Below are positions 50,231 to 61,028 of a stretch of DNA of 64,000 nucleotides, piece after piece. The notes under the pieces were generated by a model. That model did no database searches. It was not told where the DNA came from and worked only from the letters and a program-made list of their open reading frames with translations. The stretch comes from Klebsormidium nitens. Lineage: Eukaryota > Plantae > Klebsormidiophyceae. The stretch covers positions 1-64,000 of the forward strand of contig DF236972.1 in assembly GCA_000708835.1 (NCBI GenBank), given 5' to 3'. Position 1 is the stretch's first letter. Each line of letters starts with the position of its first letter. The translations under genes and the position numbers were made by a program.

Positions 50231-53200
50231 TCAGACGGCCATCTGTCGCTGGAAGGCTTGTGACGTCTGAAGGCGCCACCCAGATCCTTCCGTGAACTGC
50301 AACACGTGCGTGTGGTACTGCAAGATAAAGACAGAAACAGTTTGAGCTGTGGTGTAAACAGCTTGAAGATCCTCAAGCTGTACTAGCGGAAGAATTTTGC
50401 GTTCTGCTTAACGGAGAACGCTGCCCTGGCAAAAGCCTAACAAAAGCGTCAGCCGGCAAGTCGCCGACCTACTTAGAGCGCCTTACTGTTGTCAGGATCT
50501 TCTTCGTCTCTTCACTGCCAATCTAAAACATCGAATTCGTGGTGCATCATACTTCATCTCCGTGATCCGTAAAACGAAAGGTAGATCTTTCGCAAACTCC
50601 GGTCACGTTCCCTGTCACAGAAAAGATTCGCAGAATCCTCAAGAGCTCAAAGAAACCTACGGGGTTCCCGGTCTGACGAGGAATATTTTCGATTGGCATT
50701 CTAAACTGCCATCCTTATACACAAGAGAAGGTGCCTCACGAAAGCGTCAGAATTCCGACGAATCTGCAGGTGAGCGCTTTGAGGACCCAGCACTTGCGGG
50801 TTGAGAGACCCTAGTACCCTTTAACGTTTAACCTTTAACCTTTAACCTTTAACCTTCAAACCTTTAAACCTAAAACCCTAAACCCCTTAATCTTCGTGTT
50901 GAGTGGTCACCTCGGTCGAGTCTTTTGTTCTAGAAAATGCAGTGGGTCGAACAGATTCAATCTACAAATCTGATACTTGCTTTGAAAACCAGGTGTTTAG
51001 GCTTGTAAGAGCTTCACGCTGTTACGACTTCTACGTTCTGAATTGCCCACTCCCTTGATTCCTGCGGTTGTAGACAGCAATGCATTTCACGGATTCCATT
51101 TTCTGGACTGCCCACCTTGACCAGCGAGAGACGATGCCCCACGCTGACGTAGCAGTGTATCCGTCGTTGCAGCAGACTGTACAGGTGCGCCTCGTTGGCG
51201 CTGTCCAGAGCGCTACTCGACTCGTCCAGGAAGGCGACCTGGAGTGCCGACAGCCGTCGATCAGTTTGAGACCGACACGTGGCAAAGATGTCCCTTGGCT
51301 GGCAAGGAACGCGTTTTCTCAGGAGTTGGCTCCGTCAAGAAAGGCTGGTTAGATAAGGGAGGACCATGACAATAACGAGAAGAAGGACGACACGATGGGC
51401 CTGGTTTCACCCTGACTGGACGTCTAACCCGACACGCAAACCCAAATCAGAAGCAAAGCGCCACGCATGGGAACACATTAGACGAGGACACAGGACACGT
51501 CCTCCGAGTGGGTTGCATGGGTATTAGGAACGCCGGTTGCACGAAACCATAGACACAGCGACCTTCAAATTTTGACACCGAATCGGGGAAAGCAGGATAT
51601 AAGAACACAGAATGCCGACCCTGACGCCCAATGGATCGCAAACCTGCCCCGAGACGGCTGCCCCGTTCCTAAGAACTCCAAAGGACCAATTAAGAAAAGG
51701 ATCGAACGCCGAGACTGGGAGTCCCGAGACGGTTGCTTTTTACCTGGGGTTCTTGAAGTAAACTGGGCAAAGGATTGAACCAAGCCCCAAAACAGTTCAT
51801 CCCTACATTGCCTACTTACCTTTCCTGCAAGAGAAACCAAGCGAAGAATCAACTCACAGATTCTCAAAGCCTTTGAGACAAATGTCACTTACTTGGGGTT
51901 CTTGTAGGAGCAACCGGGCGAAAGCGACCCGTTGCTGCTCCCCCGAGCTGAGCATGTCCGACCAGTCGCAGACGGCCCCCAAACCGCCCACCTTCTCCGC
52001 GAGGCTCCCTAGGTGTACCTGCCACGTGGCACAGATCACGGTCAAGAATGAAGCTCCGGTTTTTCCACTTGTGTCTCGCTTGTGAGCCCAGGTTGAGCTC
52101 CCCAAGTGGAGCGAAACGCTCTGCAATTTTCTGCTTTAGCCTCGAGTTGAGCTTTGAAGGAGCCACTGCCAAACCGCAAAGACGTACGGTCAGGATCGGG
52201 ACGCTCCCATATAGGGTTCTTGCTTCCGTGTTTGAAGAAAGACAAGACTGCAAAACTGCACCTGCGGCACTGTGCGAAGCTACTGTTACGCGTGGGAGGC
52301 TCTTCAGGCTTTCAAGCCGTACCGCGACATCTTACGACAATCGTTGTTACAGTGGAACTGCGTTCAACCTGCAGTAAGGCTCGCTCAAGACGAGGTTTAA
52401 GTGGAGACTGTCTGCGGCTTTGGACGTCGTCAACTTCAACGGGAGGAGGTGTCCATCGACTGCCGCCTTGCAAATGGAGCGTTGTTTTGGCTCCTGCCTA
52501 CATATTCCGGACGGCTTTTGTTCGTCCAAAATCAGAAGTGCCCCCAACTCCGAAGAAGCGCACTACTCCCCCGACCTTGCAATCAAATTGGCTGGGAGTT
52601 TGACCAGTTTTGAATCAGTTTGTGAACCACGCTCTTTTCCGCTGACCTCTTCGAGTGCCGTGATGAGTTCTTCGTCCGCTGGCCGCAGCTTGTGGCTCTC
52701 GTCCTTTGGAAACAGCAGCTGCTGTCGCAGACTCCCCAGCGGCATGTACGGCTTTTGCGGCAAGAAGAAGGTCTGCGCTGCCGGGGGGCAGCTTATCTCT
52801 CCACTCCCTGAGAAGAATGGAGATGAAGTGGGTCAAGAGGACTGTTCGACTGGAAGCGTTGGTCAAGTCTTGGTTGACCTGGTGACCTGCATGTTCGGCT
52901 TTTGCAAAGATCAACTGAACCACTTCCACCTGCTCATGAACTTGCTTCGAACGACTTACCGCTTTTTCCCAGCTTCGGGCTCCACAACGCACGTGAAAGC
53001 ACGCATGAGCTACGCTATACCGAACATTCTCCAGTGCCAGAAAACGAGGACCGTTTAAAAGGAACCTCAAAATGGAAAGAGCAAGCTTATTGGCAACGGA
53101 AAGCCAAAAGAATAATAGAAAAATATACGATCTACAGCGAAACAAGCGTCCTGACAACGTTTGGTCATCCGTTTCTCCTTTTCCCGTCTCCCAGAGTGCT

Positions 53201-56200
53201 CTTCCTGGCATACTCCGCAACCTCTCAAACCCGGTTGCTAACTCAGACCGGTTACGCTGACCCACCTGCGTTCCACAGCCCGGCAATCGCCCGCAGCAAG
53301 CTCGACTTCCCGCACCCCGAGGGCCCCGTGACCATAAGCGATTGTCCCTCGAGTAGTGTCAGGTTCAGATTTTCAAACAGAGTTTGTCGCCGGTCTGGCG
53401 TTGAAATGGAGACGTCCTTCAGAATCAGTCCCGGGCCCTCGGTTTTAGCGATGCGCGAGGGGCCGCCTTCCGTCACGCGCAGCAACAACGCACGTTCTTC
53501 GTCGTCTGCAAGGTGGATACGACGGCTCAAAACAAAGAAAAGAGTCTGAGGGTTGAGAAAGACGGGTCAGAAGAAAAGGAAGGAAGCGTCACGGGCGGAC
53601 GAGAGGATGGGGGGGGTTTAACATATGGAGAAGCGTAGAGGGTTTGCACAAGCTGGTGCGACGGCTCAGCCTAAAGGCAAGAGCTGCCATGGGTGCTTCA
53701 AGAGGGCTGAGGGCTTGATCAAGTTATGCGGGGACGTAGAGGATTTGCGGTTGCCCTGGAACTCAGGGAACGAGAGGGCTGCTGAGTCAAGAGAAGCGAA
53801 AAGATTCATGGTCATCTAAAATGTCGTACAGTCGGCAAGGTCAGATGCGGCACCGACCTAGGAAGAAGCGCGCACCTTCTTCCGCGCTGTTCCGCGGCCC
53901 CGCTTCCTCTTCCGCTACTTGCTCGTGAGTTGCCAACCGCCGGTCGCCGCTGTGCTTGGCAAGGGCCAGAATGAGGGCGTCTAAGCGTTCCGTGCCCGCA
54001 GCCAATTCGCTGAGCTCCAGGAATTTCGCTACGAGGACCGTCAGGGCGGACAGGATCGCGCGGAAGGCCATGCCCGCCTGAGTGACCACGCCAAACTCAA
54101 TCTGGAGAGAAGCAAACTTGGAAATTGAGAATCCAGATTTGTGCTGCTTTGTGGGCTGTAACGTCATAAAAGAGGTGTAAGAATTTGAGATGATTTGGAG
54201 CAATCGAAACTCTGTACGACCAGGCCCAGAATCGCATCCAATGGGAAACGGAGAGGATGCATATGGACATGGATAGGTGGGAGATCGCAGGTGACTTGGA
54301 TCGAGCGAAACGAGACGAGACCCCGACAGGGGCTGTTGAGTGGGCGTGCGAAACAAGCGTTGTCACAATTGGAGGGCGCGTCAAGGAAGCCAGTGAATGA
54401 AAGCTACCGTTGAGCCAGCAGAAAAGAAAGCGAGATCAAGGACTCGATACATACCTCAAGACAGGTATAAGGGTTCTAAGCCGGATCGGATATCTATGAT
54501 CCCAACCAAAACGGTCAAGCTCCGAACAGACATTGAAACCTACAACCTGAAAGCGAAGGCAGCGTGCTTACCTGGCCCGCGAAGTAGCGCGGCGCAATGA
54601 TGACCGAGGGAATCACTAGAGTCGCGTACTCATAAGCGTTCCCGAAGAGTGACAGGTGGCGGCTCCACACGATGCGATGCCGCAGCACGGCGATCATCCG
54701 TCGGACGAAAGCGCTCACAGAGTGAAGCTCGCGCTCCTCGCCTACAAAGTCGACATAAGTGGTGGGTTAAGCAGCGGCTTGGGCTGAATTGGCTGGTGAA
54801 CAAACGAGTTTGACTGGTCGAAGAACCGGGTCCCGAGGTCGGCGAATGTTTGGAGTTACGAAGGTCGAATGGTGTGATTGACGCTCCTAGTTGGCATTTG
54901 TAAAAGTAATTGCTGAAACGAACTTCAATGGTTCTTTGGGCCAGCAACAGAGGTTGATCAAGTAAACCGATTTGAGCTTTAAATTCGGGAACGAGCGACA
55001 AAGAGAGGGACTCAGAGATTGGCACTAGGTTCTCGGCCGGGGAGCGACTTGCCAAATGAGGTCCCAGTTGGGACCAACATCTGATAGCAGTTTGCCGCGA
55101 TTGTACAATCGTGTGAACGGTCAGCTTACGAGATGTGTAAGTTAAAACTTCCCTTGGCTTGTTTACGGGAGCCTCCTACAATCACACGGTTCAGGATCGA
55201 TTGGTGCGCTAAGAAACTGTATTTCTGCTATAGAACGAGTGTTCTGGAGCCTCATGCAGCAGCTTACTTGTCGCGCGGATGAAAAGTTACTTTTAGGCTG
55301 AGAAGCCTTTTGACTAAGTTAAAAAAAAAGTTCGAAAAGGGGAACGAACGTACTGTCAACGCGACTGATGGGCGCCAGCAGTGCGTCGTTGCTGCGCGCG
55401 CATTCCCTCAAATGACGATGAAGCTTATATGCAGTCAGAGAGATTGAAAGCGTGGTTGCAAACGGCCGAAAGCGAGCATCCCCTTGTAACCGGATACTTG
55501 AATGCTTCTGATCAGCTTTGGTGTCCTCTGATGAAGAGCTTGTCGAGACCTCACCTCGGTAGAAGGCGATTGACTCGGCGTTCTCGCGGACACGTACCAT
55601 CGAGTACCGGAAGTCGGCTTGACGAGCGAGGGCCTGCAGAGGATGCCGTTCGAGGGGTTATAGGAGAAAGGGTTTTGTTCTTTTCGTGTTGTTGTTGGAA
55701 ATTGTTCTTTTATTCCTCCACTCAATGAAAGCGTCGTGAATTAGCGTGTCTCAGTGTTTCATGATACCACCAGCTGACAGGAGCTCAGGATTTGTGTTCC
55801 TCAAGCAAAAGGAAGCAACTGTTAGCTAGCGTGAGTCAAGCATCTTGACATGAGAATGCGTTAACATTCCGGTTCGTGCCTTTCGATGCTGCGTCGACAA
55901 CAAGTGTGCAAATCTTGAGGGAACTCTGCAAGCAGGTTTCTGCAGAGCATAGCGCCACTTTGCGCGCTCGCGGAACACCAGACCGATCTACAAGCTTCGT
56001 GATCACTTCTAGTCTGCAATGTGCTACGATGCTTATTGGCTACCCACGCGGCTCGTATCCCAAACAAAGTCTCTGCTTTTAAGGTCTTTCTACAATTCTA
56101 AACACCTCGTTTCACCGTAACTTGTATGCAGATGCCCAACAACCAAGCAATGACCGTTGTATCATTTGGCTGCGGTGTGAATGCCCACATGCCAGATTGC

Positions 56201-58999
56201 AATGACCAGAGGTCAGGTCGTGAATGCCCCAAAAATTCAGACTGAAGATGCATACGAGCTGCGGTGTGAATGCGCACGAGCTGCGGTGTAAACGCCCACA
56301 AGTCAAGTGGTGGATGCCCACAAGTCAGGGTGTGAATGCGCACCTCGTATTGCAAGTGCACCATCTTCTTCCCAAAGATCTTGAGCGCAACAAGCGTCCC
56401 AATTATGGAGTACGCCAGCAGAAAGATGACCAATTCTGGGGAGACGGACCTGACACAGGCGAAGCAAGGGGGGTCAGAGTTCCTCAAGCTTTCCGTCCAC
56501 TTTCTTTCTTTCTTTCCAATTCAATCATCGCTCGGTTATCATGTTTCCCGTGAGCGTCAAGCGACTGGCCAATCAAAGACTTGGCTTCTCTTTCCGTCGT
56601 CCGTTAGCCTTCTTCGAATTGGCTGGCTTCGTTGGATTCCAATCTCATATGAAACCATGATGAGGAGACAAAATATAAGACAAAACTGCTGGAACACCGC
56701 ACGTTACGAAGCGGCTTCAACCCTCGTTTCGAGCGTGCAGAACAGATTGTCCAGACAAAGAATCTGTGAATGGTTCAATAAGACTTGTCAACATCGTAAG
56801 CTTGAAGTGACAGGGGCACGGACCAGCGAAACGAACTCCAAAGCGAACGCATTTGCATCGAGCAGACCTGAAGGGCACTGGCCAAAACAGAGCGCAAGCA
56901 TGAATCGGGATAAGAATCGTAAGAAAGGCCGAAGACGCCACTATCCCAACCAAGGCACACGTACTTCGCCCAATACTGTTGACCGAATTATCTTCACAAA
57001 CAATTCAGCGGACTCATCAGAGCACGCCCGCGGACGCAATCGAGCAAGCGATGTTCGTAAAGAAACAGGACAGGTCTGGCGCCCGTCCATCGAAAGCTAC
57101 CCTGATATAGCCACGCCGGAAAAACCTCTCGCAATCTAAACCCAGAGCCGCTAAGAGCGGCTTCTTCGTACTCAACTAAGCAATTGAATGAAGGTGTCTT
57201 CTTCGTTATGTAAAACAAGAACCCCGGCGCTCCTTCGCCCAAAGCCACCCTCACAACTACGCCAGAAGAACCTCTCGCCGACGAAGTCGAGCCCAACCCT
57301 GACCCCTGACCCAAACCATTCCAACGCCTTAACCCCAGCCCTAACCCTATTCCCTGACCCTATCCAAACCCTCCTCACTCACCAGAGCACGCCCGTGAAT
57401 GCAATCGAGTTGAGGATCTTGTTGGTGGTAAAGACGACGAGTCCCACGCTCCCGCCGACGAAATTTCGGACGTCGTCGCAGATCCGCTGGTCCGGATTGT
57501 CCAGTGTATTCTCGAGTTTCAGGTCAAAAAAAGCGCGGCGCGCAAAGTAGTTGGAGACGAGGAGGTTGGTCATCCACTCGCGCCACTCGAGCGCCAAAAG
57601 GTCCTGGAAAGAAAACGGGGATGTCTGTGTTGTGGCAGAGAATTGCACCGAACGACGCAGTTCAGCGCCGTTCCTTTGAACGCAGACTTCAAGCCATCCG
57701 TGACATACTTGATCGATGCATAATTGAGGAATTCTGAACATACTGAAGGATTGACGCGCAGACTCGGAGACGTCGAATATGAGTGGATCAGCATAGATTT
57801 GCGGGTGGACCAGGCCAAACAGCCCCGAGTGATTGAGAGGCCGCTGTGGCAACACTTCTTGCACCCTCAAAGGTACTTGTGTCAGCAACAAGAGGGATTA
57901 CTTTTCAGCAGAAGAAAGAGGTTACGCACTAACCTGCACGTAGTCGTAGACCGCGAAGAGCGGCGTCGCCACCACCAGGATGCCTAGGAAGCGTGAAACG
58001 GCCTTCCAGAAGGCGGGCTGGTCTTTTTGGGAGAGAGCGGTCGAGAAGTCGCGCTGCGTGTATGACAAAACCACAAACAGGCCTGCGAGAAAGCCACAGT
58101 GCGACGATCAGATACTTGGAATGCAAACATAACAAGAGTCACAGCTTGGCATTTTGAACTTCAAATAATGGGGATGGATGCTTAGAATCACAATGTCTGG
58201 GGAGTTTTCCTAACTTTGTCATGACAGGTTAAATGGGGCACAACAACGGCCCTTAATATTGTCAAGGGACTGCCTAGACAGATCTTTTTTATAAACAGGA
58301 AGGCTGCGTGGTAGCACAAAGGACCCAAATGGAGGAGGGCTGATTCAACGTGACATAGTGTCACAGAGAACGCTAATTCACATCAACCTGCCAGTGGACT
58401 CAACCACCAATGTGGGCTGAAGACTAGCGGTCAGCTTTCAGCCTTGATGGAATCAAACTCACGGTACACTATTAAGAAGCCAGGGGCCGAGGCCGTCCCA
58501 CAAAAGCCCACCTCATGGGCGCCCCACTTTATCGCCCATCAAGCCATTTGGCACACTTGATATATCAAGAGCCCCTTAAGATGCTCTGAGTGCCTCAAAG
58601 AAACTCCAAGACAACGTAAGGTGGTGCGGGGATTGCTGGTGTGCAAATGCCCGACCCCGCATCACCCCACCTCTCACCTGTAGTAACGCCACACAGCGCC
58701 AGCATCAGCGCCGTCAGCCCCCAGGCCCGCCACTTGGCGTCGCCCTGAAAGAATGCCCGCCCCACCCTCAGAAACCGCGAGAGCAGCTGCATTGTCCGCA
58801 CCGAGGCTACGTGTTTCAACTTCATTCCCTCAGCCTTCCGCACGGCCCTCATGCCCAGCTTCTCCCCTCGAACGGCGCCGGAATCTATCTCTAAAGCGGA
58901 GGTAGCATCGCCCGTAATTTCGGCAGGGTCGGCTGGGGTTTTGAGGGACAGCGAGCGGCGGTGAGTGTCCATTTGGCTGGCGTAGGCGGCGTCCGCCAT
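50231..58999 (-). CDS. ABC transporter subfamily D half-transporter (plant ABCD2 / bacterial YddA-like)
   Basis: TMD motifs DNPDQRICDDV and EAA-like ADFRYSMVRVRENAESIAFYRGE. Walker A GPSGCGKSSLLR, LPQKPYMPLGSLRQQL, signature LSSGEQQRVAFAR, Walker B AFLDESSSALD, H-loop SVGHR. Last exon YHTHVLQF..* ends at 50231. Confidence 0.9.
50818..50890. repeat. Degenerate heptamer array resembling telomeric repeats
   Basis: About four CCTTTAA units grading into CCTAAAA and CCCTAAA in the last ABCD intron. Confidence 0.7.
56167..56343. repeat. 22-bp minisatellite starting at an ABCD splice donor
   Basis: Four adjacent units at 56256-56343 (e.g. gagctgcggtgtgaatgcgcac) plus two degenerate copies upstream. 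Confidence 0.85.
57292..57372 (-). repeat. GGG-triplet-rich tract just downstream of an ABCD 5' splice site
   Basis: Minus strand reads gagggtttggatagggtcagggaatagggttagggctgggg..gggtcaggggtcagggttggg. Confidence 0.7.
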
Positions 59000-59448
59000 A
59001 GGAGATGGCGGGCGCGGGCGCTTATGGTGGTTCGGCTGATGGAGATGTGTGCAATCGTTCCTTTCAAGTAGAGCAGGTTATACCGAAAAGCACGTCACAA
59101 ACTTGGTTCCAGATCTCTGATGGTGCAGCTGGAATGAAAGAATGTAGCTCTTCAGCACTTTTTCTACAATCCTGACACAACTTGCTAAAGCTCAAGCTGC
59201 ATGATCTGGCAAGAGAGCATTGAACAGCTGTTAGTGCCAGCAACCTGATTGTCGTCCCAAAACGACAGAGAGGAGAGAGAGAGCTGCCTGATCAAAATGC
59301 AATGGCTGCGCCTTCCTTTCCAGGCACAAGTACTACTTCCTGGCTATGTAGTTCCATTGAGTCTGACTGTCCGAGTCCAGGCCCTGCCTAGCTACAGCCT
59401 ACAGTAGCTAGCTAGCTCGAGATATCGCGCGAGCTTTGCTTAGACATA

Positions 59449-59708
59449 CCGTACCGGCATGGGAATTCACCACCTTTTGGTGTGAAAACTTAATTTCGTT
59501 CATCCTGAGGTTTCACCGGGCGCGTTGAGTATATATTTTTCATTTCACACAAGCGGTTTTTTTGCTTTATCCACACTCAAAACATCCCCGAATGAACTTT
59601 TGTTTATGAAAATTGTGGTTTCACCTTTTCAAAGTCGGGGTGATCTTTAGTTTTATTTTTTCACACTGACCCCAAAATAATAAAAGTTGAATTCCCATGC
59701 CGGTACGG
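59449..59708. mobile_element. MITE, Tc1/mariner (Stowaway-like) type, 260 bp
   Basis: Perfect 21-bp TIR CCGTACCGGCATGGGAATTCA, TA on both flanks (59447-48, 59709-10), AT-rich non-coding interior. Confidence 0.88.
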
Positions 59709-59866
59709 TACGGTATTACCATCAGCGCTCGATTCAGCATCACTTATCGGTCCTAGGAAAATGTTGCCTGCTGACAAGTCATGGAAACGTTTCACACAAT
59801 AAGAGGGCAAGCGTTACAAGTCTTTGCGTGGACTGTGCCCGCGAATTGCAAAATTGTAGAATATAA

Positions 59867-60309
59867 GGGTAGACTTACATCGGCACGGTTACTGTTAGAA
59901 GTTAATTGCAACCGGACCGCACATTGGCACGGTTACTTTTACGCACGGTTACTTCACGCATCACCTGGGTGGATTCTTCGCAACCCCCCACGATAATTAA
60001 CCAACCGTCCGGTTGGCCCCAACCCGCCTCGTCGAGGCGGGTTGGGGCCAACAGCACACCGTTACTCCATCTGGGCCCGCCGCGTGGGGGGAACGAATTG
60101 ATCGGACGGTGCGGAAGTCTGCTCAGTACACTATCAGTACCCAAACTCTACATGGTACAGTACTGCCTCATCCAAGATTTGCAGATTTGCTTCTTCCAAG
60201 GGGCTGCAGCCGATGACCGGCGGAGCGCTTTCGCGCCAATCTCTGTTCAACCGTGCCGTTGGAAAAAGTAACCATTTAACCGTTTAACCGTGCCGATGTA
60301 AGTCTACTC
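59867..60309. mobile_element. MITE, PIF/Harbinger (Tourist-like) type, 443 bp
   Basis: 25-bp TIR G[G/A]GTAGACTTACATCGGCACGGTTA with one mismatch. TAA on both flanks (59864-66, 60310-12). Subterminal GCACGGTTAC repeats. Confidence 0.87.
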
Positions 60310-61028
60310 TAAGCTCGCAAGGGAAATCCCTTGCACGCGCGCGGCGATCCAGATAAAACGGCGCTGGTGAGGGCGCTCCATCCATCAATCCCAATGATTC
60401 ATGGCGTTTATCTCTAGTATCCCTTCTTGGCCGCGTCCAGGAAGCCACATGGAGACCGCCAATGCCGCCCCTGGAAACGAAGTCTTTCGCAATGTCCAAG
60501 TCCTCAAGCCACTTTGTTCGTCGAACCTTGAAGCTTAAAAGCAAGTTGCCACACTTGAAAATTAGGGTTTGGTCGAGTCAGGGTCCAGACAATGCTGCTT
60601 CCAGGAAAAGCATGTCATGGAACTCCCTCTGCATGTCATGATGTCGTTGCGCGTACCTTCTGCAAGAAGAGCCGGGCTGCTGTTGTCAAAGGCTTAGTAT
60701 TTGTTAGAATGCAACACAGTGCATGCTGTCAGGCCATTTGCCGTGCAAGGAGGCAGCTCCTGTCTGCACCAACTAGTGTGGTCTTTGCAAGGAATGGGCA
60801 AATGCTGTCTTGCGAGTGTTTCTGAACAGATTGTACATCTGAGAGCTTGGAAATCCAAGCACAGCCGCATCAGGATACAGCATTACATGTTAGGAGAGGA
60901 GCATGTGACTGGTTTGAAGGCCCCTTACTAGCAGCCTGCCGTCAAGTTGATGGTTTGAGGACGAGGACCTCTTTTCGATCAAGCAGCCAGAGTTGGCACC
61001 TTAGATCAGGGAGGACAGTACTGCAACC

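Noticed and set aside
52420-53549. 212-223 aa ORFs on both strands
   Set aside because: Off-frame or antisense overlaps of ABCD exons and introns.
56256-56343. CRISPR-like regular repeats
   Set aside because: Units are adjacent with no unique spacers, and the context is a eukaryotic intron.
57143-57180. Hairpin agccgct-aag-agcggct followed by CTAA, like a Helitron 3' end
   Set aside because: Stem is only 7 bp, the end is not followed by T, and no 5' TC terminus was found.
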